NCBI RefSeq assembly: GCF_018977255.1
Contig: NW_024704742.1
Location: forward strand, 47,432,001-47,496,000
Direction of reading: 5' to 3'
DNA length: 64,000 bases
Origin: Callorhinchus milii
Lineage: Eukaryota
Shown: one piece after another, positions 25,908-38,868 of the stretch
Position numbering within the stretch: the stretch's first letter is position 1
Layout of the letters: each line of letters begins with the position of its first letter
Translations under genes and position numbers: made by a program
Notes under the pieces: generated by a model
Databases searched by the model: none
What the model was told of the DNA's origin: nothing
Seen by the model: only the letters and a program-made list of their open reading frames with translations

Positions 25908-27886
25908 TAATAAGACTATTAATAAGACTTAATAACTATTAATAAGACTATTTAGAAATTACTTGACAAAATACCCACTGAACAAAATATCAGCGTCCTC
26001 CAAAAAAATAGCTATTTTAAGAAGTGCAAACATACTAAAAGAAAGTAACATTCATTCATAAGTAACATTATTGATCTGGCTGAACCATCACTGAAAACCA
26101 CTTAGAAATTACCTCAATGGAGTGAATTAAATTAGTAACATAATAATTAATAATCCTTGCATTTGATATAGTGCCATTCACATCAGGAGGGCATTTCAAA
26201 GTGCTTTATAGGTTATACGGTAAAGTGGTTGTGTATTTTGTAGGTGGATACAGTAGCCAATTTGCACACAAAATTGTTCCATAAACAGTCATAAAGTAAC
26301 CAGTTTTATTTGGGGAATTTTGAACTTCTACATTTCCCTCCACTTTCGGCAGCCATGCTTTCAGCCACTTCACCCTGGAACTCTGAAATTCTCTGTCTCG
26401 ATCCCTCTGCTTTTTCCCCCTCTTTCCCTAATAGAGGGATGAAGGGATATGGGCATAGGGTGGGTAATGGAATTAGGTCAGAAGATCAGCCATGATCTTA
26501 TTAATGGGCGGGGCAGGCTCGAGGGGCCAAATGGCCTACTCCAGCTCCTACGTCTTATGGTCTTCCCTATATTCAGATTGCACCTGAAGACCTCCCTATT
26601 TGACCATGCCTATGGTCACCTCCTGCTCGCTCCCTGGCTCAGCATCAAGCTTTTCCATTGTTAAGTGCTCTGAGGATGCTATATAAATGCAAGTTGTTGT
26701 TGAAAGCAAAGCAAAAAGTGATTAGAAACGTGCAGACTGCATCTGCAAGAGTAAAAAAAATTAAAAATTAAAATTTCTCTTTGACCGTGCCTTCAGCTCC
26801 CCTCTCGACTCTCTATCCCCTCCTCGCTCCCTCCCTTCCCTCCCCTCACCCTGACCATTTCCCCCCTCCTCAGGTCCTGACCCAACTGTACAGCACCTTG
26901 GGACGTCCTCCCGACGTGAAAGGCGCTCAATAAATGGAATCTTGTTGTTGTTAATGCTTTAGTCTGACACTTCATCAGAACTAGAATGAGGGCTAGAGAC
27001 ACCTCTTTCTTAAAAAAAATTGAAGTAAGAAGGACAGACCAAGAAAGTAAATGCATTAGATACAATTTACAAATGTTTAAAAAAAAGTTTGGATGTGTTC
27101 ATCTAATTTGTCTGTGGTACCTGAAGAGTAGTTAATGGATAATTAACTAAGTAATCAGTTCTGAAGAAGTCACGCCTGAAATGCAGTCTTTTTTCAGATA
27201 TGGATCAACCTGCTGGGTTTATAACCTTCACAAGGTTTTTTTATTACCTCTACTACTGTACTAAGCTGGAACAAACTCAATGTTTGGTCAATAGGGAACA
27301 AGCTTCACTTTCTTAGGACTTTCTGGTCATGCTCCCTGGTGCTTAAAGCAGAAAACATTATCAAAAAATCCAAATTGATTTGAACTGAATGTACTGTAGT
27401 TGGAATCTATCCTTAAGAAAAAATTCAAATGTATTTATTGGAGAAAATGGTAGGTCAGTAATTAACCATTCACGAAAATTACCCTAAAGTTACAGTACCT
27501 TAGAATTATAATTTTTTTTAACCATTAGGTGTTACTTTCGCAATTGCAAGATTGGTTGAGCTATATTGGGTTTCATTGCCTCATCCACACGTGTGTGAAT
27601 TGAGACAAATGCATTGTTTATGTTTCGACATGGGGAAGATTTTACTGGATTTTCCCCCTTTTCTGTGTTGGGGTTCACATAAGTGAAGCAGATACTAACA
27701 TGACAAAAATAATATAGTAATTTACAAAACATACAGTAACAGGACTGTTACAGTGTATGTATATGTGTGTTGTCATTGTTGGGCTCCTCATGTGCTTGTG
27801 ATAGTATGTTCATTTGCGAGATGCAGTCTTTACGATATATGGAGGAAAGCTGTAGCATGTGGTATTATCATTGGTGATACTACTAC

Positions 27887-28202
27887 TAATAATAATAATC
27901 CTTGCATTTGATATAGCGCTTTTCATGTCAGGAGGACGTCCCAAAGCGCTTCACAGAACACACTGTAAAGTGAATTGACTGTATATTTGTGGGCGAATGC
28001 GGCAGCCAATTGCACACAGCAATGTCCGACAAACAGTCGTAGATTGAAAATGACCAATTTATTATTGTTTTTGGTTTTGGCGGGATTATTATTAGGTGTG
28101 TGGAGTAAGGAAACTTGCCCAAGGTTTCGCCCTGCCTGGAATTGAACTCGGGTCTCTTGCTTGCAAAGCGAGTGCCCTAACCACTGAGCTACAGGACTCC
28201 AC
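27887..28202 (-). mobile_element. tRNA-Ala SINE, full length, short variant with L2 family B-like tail loop
   Basis: Head ends acaggactccac; tail contains aggaggacgtcccaaagcgc. Confidence 0.93.
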
Positions 28203-28767
28203 GACTACTGAATGCTGTTAATGTATTTTGCGTTGACCAAAAATGCATTAACACATTCAATAGTTGTCACTGGTCTTGTTCTCCCCTCCTCTCCCAGTCT
28301 AGCGATCAGTTCACCATTAACTGTTTTTGACTGAATTTTTGGTTTACATAACAATTATCACTGTGATAATGTCCCATACTGCAATTTTCACCATGGAAAT
28401 CAGGAAGAGGTGGAATTTCAGCAGATTTGGGAGAATGGGGGAAGGAATCTCTCTAATCAGGGCCTGCCTTCATGGACAGTGTTTTGGGAAGCTTGTGTTT
28501 GGAATCATGGAGTCCAATTTGCGGTATTTCTTAATTGAATTTCTTGATAAGAAATCTGAGTTGCGCAAATAGGAACACATGTGAGAACAACCTGTCGGAG
28601 CTGACCTGGTGGAAAATACTTATGAAGTGAGATTAATCAAAAAAAAAAGGCAATTCCTCCCAATATCCTGAACAACAATCCCCAGGATGGTAAAATTGCT
28701 CATTCACTTTAAGGCTGTTTGTGGGACATTGCTGTGTGCAAATTGGCTGTTGCTTTTGCCTACAAAA

Positions 28768-29077
28768 GGCTCCGGCCTGCTTCATGTCCCCCGCCTTGCC
28801 CGCCCCACTATTGGCAGGCAGGCCTTCCGCCATTCTGCCCGCTCTTTCTGGAACTCCATCCCGCAGTCCCCCTGTCTCGCCCCCTCCCTTGCCACCTTCA
28901 AGATCCATCTCAAGACCCTCCTCTTCGACTGTGCTTTCGATCTCCCTGCTTCCCCCCTGCCCTCCACACTCCCCCACCCCGACCCCCAGCTCAGGTCCAC
29001 AACTCTTATCTGTCCAGCGCCTTGGGACATCCTCCCAACGTGAAAGCCGCTTTACAAATGTAATTTTATTGTTGTTG
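28768..29077 (+). mobile_element. L2 LINE 3' end (family B) inserted in an old DeuSINE-like element
   Basis: FKIHLKTLLF C-terminus and (TTG)n tail; TACAAA on both flanks. Confidence 0.88.
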
Positions 29078-29564
29078 TACAAATTCAGTCACTTCACAGT
29101 AAATCAGTGAAGTCCTTTGAGTAATTCTGAAGATTATTAATAATAACAGAACTTTTACAGCCAATGGATAGAGGATACTTTCATCCCAAATAAAGTCTCC
29201 ATATTCGGTTCCAATATTGAGCATTGCTTAATGGAATGTCCAGGTATGGAAAATATTAGAATTCTCGTCAAGCCATGAAAACTCGGCTCCAAATGTAAAT
29301 CAAGACGAAGCTGACACCCACAGATCAGCATTGGATGTTTTAGTTAAGGAGTTCCAATTTGCATGACTCTTGATTCCTTAATAAGGAATTCAGTTAAGAA
29401 ATAGTGCAAATTAGACAGTTTTTTATGTGTGTGTGTTTATATATATACATAGATGTATATAAACAGGGATGCAATTAGTTACAAATTGTATCTTCTCAAA
29501 ATTTGTTTCTCTTCTTTCGGTAGATAGAAAATATAGCTCCTGCAGAAGTAACGGCTACCTCAAA

Positions 29565-29621
29565 ATGCTCATGCTTGATCATAGCCCCACTAAGCAAGAC
29601 CCGATGGAATCTAGTTCAATG
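29565..29621 (+). CDS. klf3: KLF3-like, first core coding exon (MLMLDHSPTKQDPMESSSM, 19 codons, phase 0)
   Basis: Polypyrimidine tract and TAG acceptor at 29521-29523; ATG in caaaATG context at 29565; donor ATG|GTGAGT at 29622. Matches the 19-codon MLMFDPVPVKQEAMDPVSV start exon of mammalian KLF3. Confidence 0.88.
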
Positions 29622-30584
29622 GTGAGTATGTGAACTGCATTCATTAAATGGAGTGAGGAAGCTATATCACTTCAGATCAAATCCACTCTTTTTCCTTGAA
29701 TCATTGCTACAATGTTGGTTCCATTAACAATTTGTAAGGCAATGGTGATGCCAATGGTGACCACATAATTTACCTTGTGATACACTTGTAAGACAATGAT
29801 GCTGACCTACAGGAGAACTGAACGGTCTTTCGAAACAAAGTGACATAATAGTCTGGCTGTGTAATCAACATTTTAACAGGGTTCTTCCTTTTTATCAATG
29901 AAATCTGAAAGGCAGTTTAAATATGAAGTGCACATTGTACACATTGTGGAGTCAGTATTACTCTTCATTTGTCAACTCTACCGGGCTGAAGCATTGGTGA
30001 TAATTTTTCTTTCAGTTTCTTACCGCTGCACCAAATGAAATAAAAGCATCATTCTTTGAGGAACCTCAACAATTTCCCCCGTGCCATAAGCTGTTTATTT
30101 CAGACGGTGACAAATTTTTCTCCTATTCCGTAGGTATCTTCATTCACTTACTTAAATAGAAGCAAATCAATAGAATATATTGTGTATTGCTAATTTCTTT
30201 TCCCCTTTCCCCAGAAATTAATTTTCAGTGTATGAAATAGGAAATATTACAAATCTATTGTAAATGATACCAATCTCTCCATTCAATGTGTAGCGATTAT
30301 TACCTCCATCTCCAATAAATGTTATTAGGATGCTTAATAGATAAAAGTTTGATGACAAACTATTGAGTGGAAAAGAATCACTGGGTATTGATGGTAAATA
30401 AATTAAATTTGGGACTTGAGTAACTTCATGGCAATCACAGTTACATTGGGTTATAACAGAACTGCTGAAATCCCTGGGTTGTAAAATATACACTGGTTTT
30501 TGGTTGTAATTTCATTTTTATTAATTTTATTTGCACTACAGTCCACATTGTTGTTATTAGCCTTAAATTATAAAAAAACTCACA

Positions 30585-30815
30585 ACAACAACAAAATTAC
30601 ATTTGTAAAGCGCCTTTCACATTGGGAGGACGTCCCAAGGTGCTGAACAGTCAGGGATCAGGACCCAAGTGTGGGGTGGGGCAGTGTTGGGATGAGGGAG
30701 GGCAGAGGGGTTAGGAGGGTGGCTGAAGGCACGGTCAAAAAGGAGGGTCTTGCGTCGTGCCTTGAAGGAGGCAAGAGAGGCAGCAAGACGAAGGGGTTGT
30801 GGGATGGAGTTCCAA
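30585..30815 (-). mobile_element. L2 LINE 3' end (family B)
   Basis: (CAA)n followed by reverse complement of the family B tail. Confidence 0.8.
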
Positions 30816-33800
30816 AAAGTAAAAGAGTAACAGTAAAATAAGAGCCACTACAACTTAGGGCCCACAGTTGTCCCATATATCTACAATTCCTATCAGTCAG
30901 CGCCCACAAGGTGTCCAATGTTCCTTTGATTCCTATTAATCCACAAGCATGCAGAGTGCAGCATGCCAGGTCAGATTGTATGGCCATAATAGAGTACCCT
31001 CTAGTGGCTGATCCTGCAATTAAATCAAGTCTAATTTATAATATTTTATAAAACAACATTTCACCTTTCTACCCGGTATAGAATTGGTGTTTAAAAATTG
31101 ATTGCTGAGCAAAACTATGAGGCAACATAGAGCTCTTAATGAAGTGTTACTACTAATATCAGCAGAAGAGCAACAGCATTCTATTTTAAAGGGAAAATGT
31201 AGTCGAAAATGCTTGAAGGGTAGGAGGAGAGAAAGTTGGTGAAACATTGGCAGTGGAAAACAAGAATAATTTTGTGTCCTGAAGTGCTTGGGTACATGAG
31301 GAGAGAATAAACCAGGATTACAACAAATACCCCAGAAAAATAAGGGATTCAAAGTAGTAAATCTTGTAGGTTCAGACTAAGTAAGAGTTTAATTTCTATG
31401 GTTTAAAAGTTAGGAGTCTGTTTGACTACCTGTTTTGTCTGTCTGGACTGCTTGATTGTTAGTGATTCTCTATGTGGTGAATTTTGTTGTGTAGGGCTCG
31501 GAACCGATTATGTTTTCCCCAATGAGCAGATTATTGGTTCAGCAGAGAAAGGGGAAGCAAAACTGCAGAATGTGTGGATGATCACTTCAGACATAGAAAT
31601 AACTTGCATTTTAATTAAGACAGAACATCTCAAAGTGCTTTATAGTAATTACTGTCAACTGTAAACGCAACAGCTATTTGGAAGATCCCACAAACGGTCA
31701 TGACCAATTTAACCTGGAGATTTGTTGGCCAGGACACCAAGGAAAACTCCGCTTTTTTGAATAGTGCCAAGGGTTTAATATCTCATCAAAGAACAGTACC
31801 TCTGACAAAGCAGTGCTTCCCCATTACTGCAGTGGATTATCACCCTAGACTACGAGCTAAAACTTATAACGCCACTCTCCTACCCTCCATTCCCCCCGTG
31901 CTTACTGGAGACCTTGAATCGTGGGAAATGACGGCCTTACCTGTCGTCACATGCGCACTTAGCAATCGGCTGCATTGAAATGTGGGAAACGTAGTCTTCA
32001 TCCGTTGACGCCCGTGCAGAAGAACTTTATTTTCTGCAAATTCCATGAATTTGTCAGTAAGTGCCCATGCAGTGATGTATCAGGACACCTTGAATCCCAG
32101 GAAATGTAGTCTTAACCCATCACTGAATGTGCACTTGCAGTCTACAATGACAAAGTAACGCATTCACATTTATCGGCTCAATTGAATTACGCATGTGCAG
32201 TGTAAATTATTGATTAAATTGGATTTTCTACGACTTCTACTTTGCCTGTAACTCGGCGCAAGTCATATTAAATGTTATGGTCCCAGCTGATACGACTTAT
32301 GTGAGTTTTACTATACTCACTATTTGATAATAATAATTCTAGCATCTTGATATAGTGACTTATTACTTCTTCGAGACGTCTCAAAGTGCTTCGCAGAATA
32401 TACTGCATAATGAATTGACTATATTTTGTGGGCGAAACTTGCTGAAGTGATGTCTTCAGTATTGCAGATTCTTTCCAGATGAGACTAAGGGACAGAAACT
32501 TCACAATATACAAACTTGTAGGAACAAGTAGAAACATGGAGGATGGGGGTGCCTTGAAAAATGTGATGCTACTCAACCGATACAATACAATCTGTTATGA
32601 ACCATCACATGTTTCACCTCGGTGTCTCATTGGGCTGTTTCTGATCCTTCAGCCAAGACAGGCTTTGACTGACCTTTCCTTCGGCACCTGAATCATACAT
32701 ACTGCAGGCTAGTAGACTAATACCACTAAATAGTTACAACTAATTTTCTAGTAAAAGGAACATACTTTGAGAAGGGTCTGACAGCAAGTCCACCCTTTCT
32801 TGTGTGTCATTTCCCAAAGAAGTAATGATAGGAATTCACAGTAATTGTTAAATTATTTCTGGGTGGGTGGGTCGGGAGGGGGCGGGGGGCGGTGGTGGGG
32901 AACCGGTATTTGGGAGTTAGGAGAGGCGTTTTACCTCTGAAGATATGAGACCTGTCACTAGGGAAAGGCAAATCTTTGATCGTAGTTTCTCTATTTGAGA
33001 ATGGGAACAGGGAACCCGGCTTCGCTTGCAATGGTTGGCTGTTGACATTCAGACCTTGAATACAATCTACAATCCAGGGTACTGGATTTTTCACTGTCAC
33101 TCGAGGTGAATTTCCTGTTCATTTAGTACTTCAAATGAAAGGTCAATGCACATGAATAAAATTTAATTTAATTAATTTAATTGAAATTTAATTAAATCCT
33201 ATATTAAATTTAAATTCCCAAGAAGTGTGGGACCCCTCACCATAATTGTCTGGCTGATTTGTGTTTATTTCGGGCCATCATAATATGAAGTAAAAAAATT
33301 TCCAGCATCTGCAGAATTTTGTGTTTTGATAATAAGAAGTAAACCAGTGAGTGTCAAGAGCTTTTCATGTTCAGCAAGGTTCAAGATGAACCCCAGCTAT
33401 TTTTTTTGACTGCAGGAAACACTTCACTTGGTCTGAAAACTCTCCAGTAGAGACGATGAGCAGGGGGTGGGTCCAGAAGTGTGGTTGAGCTATTGGATAC
33501 ACCTTTGCACATTGATATACAGGGAAGATTCATTGTCTTCAAGTTACTTGACATTGTGCTGCATTTTAAATCGCCAACGGTCAAAGTATATCCCGTATTA
33601 TTAGCCAAAACACGCAAAAAAAATCAGTGTTTTTAAATTATGGGGAATTTGCTGATATTTCAATGTGCTTTGACGATTATTTTGGACTCGCTTTGTGAAT
33701 AGCTTGACAGAAGGGAAACAGCAGGGAGGATGGTGTCTGTCAAGGTGCCTTTTCAGATTTGTTGTACATTGATGCAGTTGTATACTGTGGTTTTTGGTGT

Positions 33801-36800
33801 GGATTTATTGATCTTTTATCTGCCAGTTTTATATATGAACGTTCCATTGCTATTCTGTTGCCAATACGCATTGGGTCATTCATAGGCCATGTTGATTTCC
33901 CCAAAGTTTCATTTCATCACAGTTATGGAATCCAAATGGGGTCTCCTCTGGTAAATGGAACACACCAACTGTCAGGAACTCTGCTCTGCGAGAATAGATT
34001 GAGTTGGAGAGAGTTCCTGCAGGTTGGCCTGATGTGCTGCTGTTTTAAATCAACACATCTGAATTTCGTAGCAAAGGAGATTCCCTTTAGCAATTAGGCA
34101 CTTAGTCCCAAAGCCTCTCGATTGCTCACTAGAAGTTAACATTTTGGGTTTAGGAGAGCAAGGATTTCATCCAAGTTAGATAAACCGATAGAAAAATATT
34201 ACACAACAAACCACAAAGGCGTAACCCCGAGCTTGATGCAGGGCCGAATGTTTACAGACTAAAGTTACTTCCACCTCAGAATGACAAAACAGCAGTGCTA
34301 TGAACCACTGGTATATCTTAAAACATTTCCCTTAAATAGGTTGAGGAACATTTTAAGGAATACCACAAATTTTAACCCGAAGATTTTGTTCTGTAATTGT
34401 TGAAGCAATTCAGCAGCAATTGGTGTGGCAGAGGTTGCATCACCACACTGCTGATGTCTTAGCTGTGTTTCGCCCTGGGACGTCTTTCCGACGTGAAGAC
34501 TGCTATACAAGTGCAATCTGTTGTTGTTGCAGTAGAAGCCATCAGGAGGAATCCAATGGATTTCCAGAAAGACTAATGCCTGGCTGCTCTTACTTATCTC
34601 CTTGTGTGCCACCCATAGTAACATTGGTGATAGTGTGAAAACTTCGGTTATGGTTGGAAAGAGAAATGTTTTTTAAAAAAATAGAATTTGTTTTTTTGTG
34701 CCTTGAATCATCACAAGAATAGCAACCCCACCCTAAGATACTTTAGAGTAACTCCAAACATGCCCAACTGAACCACCCTCCAGTGACTACAAAATAACAC
34801 CCAATTGACCTGGGTATAATATCATTCTCATGCATACAGTACAATGCAAACTTGCACAAGTAGGATAAAAGTTTCAAAGAGCTTCACAAAGACAAATGGG
34901 AAGCTGAGAGGGGAAGAAGGAAAACTTAGAAGCATTCACCAAATCATTGTCAAAGAGTTATTTTTCAGAGGAGTTTGGAAAGCTTGGGAAAAAAGGAACA
35001 AGTTAAAGCGATTTGGGGGGAAGACGGGGAGGATGTGTGAGATAGTAGCTTAAAGCTTGGCCACTAACGATAGGCAAAAGGAGTAAGGATCGAGATATAG
35101 ACCACAATGAGAAGAGTATAGAGGAGATTGCATCATTAGTGAGGACAGGACTCAGTTATACCACAGACACCAGGGTGGCCAGGTATCTTTGGAGTTGTAC
35201 TGCAGAGAATGCAAGTAAAAGTGAGGCAGACATACCACAACTTAAGTATTGTCACTCGGTGGTTGCATACCACAGACTGCGTCACTGCAAAGAAATGGAA
35301 AAAAATCATTCTGGACTAAAACTATATAACATAATAGCAGCAATTCTCAAGAGTTGATTGTATTGATGCCATAAACAATCCACAATTTTAAGGAATTAAT
35401 CCACATCCCTTGATGAGTACACTTATATAAAATTGTATTGTTTGATAAATGCTTTTATTATTTATTAATAATAACAATGAATATATCTGTACAGTATGTG
35501 GGTGCAAAATGCCATGGGGAGAAAATGTGTTATTAATTACGAATAATCAATCAAAAAACTGTCATCAGTAGTTATCAGTAGGCACAGGGTGAAGTTCAGT
35601 GGTTGGAAGTAAATTCGGTTTAAATTCTGACCATCCCCCTCTTTCTGCTAATCTCTCATGTCCCCAGCACTCTTTTTGCCTATTAAAAAAGTGCTGCTAT
35701 TCAGTGCTGCATCATGAAATATTGGCTTAATTTTAATGGAATTACATAAAAATACTCTCCGTACCCCCAACTTGGAGATAATGTTAGGCCTAAATCAACT
35801 CCCAAAATTTCAGCGTGTCATTGTTTCAGTTCTGCTTCAAATTATATCAGCTCAACTCAAGGAACAAAGCAGTTGCCACTGAAATTCTTCGAACTGTATT
35901 TGAATCCAACCATTCTACCAAAGTCAGGAGGCGAACCTTTGCACTCCCATCAAGTATTTAGTAACAGATGGAACAATATGATGACGTCAATTAAACATCA
36001 GAGTTTTAACCCATTATTCTGCAGTGGCAAATATTTGTATTCCTTCAAACCACATAAGTTACATAAAAACATTTATTTGTTTGCATCTAATACAGAATAA
36101 ATCATTGAACACCAAGGTATGCTTTTATAGGTAAGAGTTTGATCTTGTGTATCTTACTTAGCTGATATAAAATAGATGGTGGCACTAATCTGCAAGTTTA
36201 TAATTGAGATAAATGCATAACAACTGTGAAAATTGTATATTTTATGAACTAACAGGACACTAAGGCACTCCTGCTCCTGACAAGTAGTTCTTGAGAAATT
36301 AGTTATTGTAGATCAGTGAGAAATAGGGTCAGGAAAGTAAGTACAACAGACCTTGTTTTCATGATTGCCCCAAAAATGTATAGATAGATCGGAAAAAACT
36401 CTGTAATTTTGCCTAAAAGGAATCAGTCTGGTATTGTGAATAGAGGGTAAAATGAGTGCCAATGCACACTTGCTGTGCCAAGCCAATTCTTAGAAATGTT
36501 GTTTGTTTTGCAAAGTGAACAAGGTGAGGAGACGTGTATTGGCAAAGACTGCTCGGTAGCAATTAATGGGTATGCAGCGTGTATTTCTTGAATTCTGATA
36601 AGCAGAAAGAATATAATTGAAATACAATATGACACTGCGGGTTGTCTAAATTAGTAAGGCAAAGCACGTTCCTTTATCTTGGGAGGCATTGGTTTCAATC
36701 CATTTGCAACCTAAAATGATCTCAAGCTCTTTCAATGTCTACATCCAGTCTTTCATGTTTTGTTTTTTCTTTTTTACATTTAATTTTGAAAACTAAAATT

Positions 36801-38008
36801 AAGAATTGTATTAATTTTAATGTGGTTGCATACACTTCTTTCATAATGGGTTTGAAAAAGCATCTGGATGAGAAAACTGTACTGTAAATTGTGCAAATGC
36901 TGGAAGACGTGTCTTGTCACATAAAGTAGCTCTCCTGTTGGGAAACCCATTGTTCATCGTGTTGATTTACACAAGCTCTGTTCTGAGATAATCTCAGATT
37001 GGAGCAAAGCTCTTGCAGTTTGGTGGGGAATAACCATCATATTAGATCAGTTTACCCTTTCAACAAGAAAAAACAAACTGTATTTATATAGCACCTTCAC
37101 AATGGGTGAGACTAATAAGTTGAAGAGAAAAAGGTTACATTTTCAAGTAATATTTTCCTTCAATACTCCCAGAATAATTATAATAGTCTTTCCTCAAACA
37201 TATAATTTGCTTTAAAATTGTTTACCTTAGGTCAAACACAGAATGGACAATGGGGCACAAAGAAAAATGAGTGATATAAGTAGTATGAGTTGATTTCTCA
37301 ATGCTGAGTTATACAGTATTTAGTGACTCTCAGTTGCATAATGTTTTCCAGGATCCTTACCCACTTTGCTCTTGTATCTTGATGAACTCTGTTGTGCAAT
37401 TACATTGACGTGACTCTTAATCGTTGTGCAGCAGTAAAGAATAATCCTACACTTTTAAGAAGCTTTACTTCCGAGAGCAGTATCATCACATGGTATTCTG
37501 GTAGTCATGTTATGGCTGCCAACATATTAAACCACATAAAGAGAGCATTGTTGTCAGTTGTTTTCACTGTGAAAAGTCAAACTGCGTTGCAATGCTGATT
37601 GTTATGTCTACTTTATTTTGGAAAAAAAATTATAAAGGATTTCTAAATGACGTTTTAAAAAAAAATCTATACATATATTTTTATGGTTTAAAAAGTGACC
37701 AAAATAATGACTTGGATATAGAAGTAGATCATTGTGGTGATCTACTCAGTCTTAACTGACCCCTGAAAGCACCAACATTATTGGTGTGTTTTGTCTGCTC
37801 TAAGATTCGCCATTAGTTGGAGCACTAAACAATGGCAGAGTTCTTCTCACCCAGATTTGAGTGACTGTCTCATTCACTGTACTATAGAAACTACAGTAAA
37901 CTTTGGGCAGTCTCACTATTCTAACAGTGTCACTTGATTGTGTTAATCACTTGTGAATTTCAGCATGATGGATTATTTTTAATCGTCTCCTTTTGTTTCC
38001 CCTTATAG

Positions 38009-38459
38009 CCATTTCAACAAGGATACATGGTGCAAATAAAGAATGAGATGAAGCCCAACAGTAAATGTAACGTAATTTATCCGCCACATCACGGATGCCA
38101 GAATGGACTTTATCAATCACATGAAACCAACGGAAGCCAAATGGAGCCAGTAGACCTCTCATTGAACAAAAGGCACTCTCCACATATATCGAGTTCCCCC
38201 TCTTCCTCCTACTCGTTGACTATGTTAACCTCAGTGTTGAATCGGTCAGGCTCGCCCAACAAAAGGTCACCTCAGCCTCCCATCAGCATGCCGTTGAGCA
38301 TTCCCTCGATGCTCAACAATCCACTCATGTCCCATTCACCCATCTCGGGCTCCGGCTTGTACTCAGTTATTCATCCAGTGGTAGTGCAGCCTGTTGTGTA
38401 CTCACAGCCCATCATGGTTCCCACTATGATGAAGGATGAACTTCAAACTATTCAGTCCG
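38009..38459 (+). CDS. klf3: KLF3-like exon encoding the repression domain with CtBP-binding motif (QMEPVDLSLNKR) and Ser/Pro-rich region
   Basis: Acceptor ttttgtttccccttatag|CCA; donor TCCG|GTGAGT; 451 nt, phase 0 to 1. Translation PFQQGYMVQIKNEMKPNSKC...PVDLS...VIHPVVVQPVVY resembles KLF3. Confidence 0.95.
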
Positions 38460-38784
38460 GTGAGTTTAGTTACTCAAAGTACACTGTTATCAATCTAAAT
38501 TTGAATGTAGTTTTCAGTAGAGTGAGTTTTTTTTATTTTGTGTTGTAACGTACACTGGTATTTTACACTGCAGGCTCTGGAAGGCACATTCCATGTTCTT
38601 AAACCATAATTTATTTCAAAGTTTTCCAGTTTCCTGCAAACGGGGAAAACATGAGTAAACTATGTATTAATTACTTTAAAGTTAATGTATGGAATATAAA
38701 GTTAAGATTCTAAAAAATGAAATGTGCCAACATTGTATTTATTTTGTTTATTTTATCTATTATTAAATGTTCTTCCCTCTACAG

Positions 38785-38868
38785 TTCCCCCTATGCCACA
38801 TAACATTTCAGGCGGGCGACCTATTCATAGGCAACATCCAATGGCAGTGTGCAGCCAGTCACGAAGAA
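38785..38868 (+). CDS. Candidate additional or cassette exon (84 nt, phase 1-1; VPPMPHNISGGRPIHRQHPMAVCSQSRR)
   Basis: Acceptor gttcttccctctacag|, donor AA|GTAAGT, open in the frame inherited from the upstream exon, length divisible by 3. Confidence 0.55.

Noticed and set aside
25908..25952. CRISPR-like or other prokaryotic array
   Set aside because: No spacers, eukaryotic spliced-gene context, no cas-like ORFs anywhere in the window.
37723..37746. 9-bp hairpin AGTAGATCA/TGATCTACT upstream of the PVDLS exon
   Set aside because: Short enough to be expected by chance in 64 kb.
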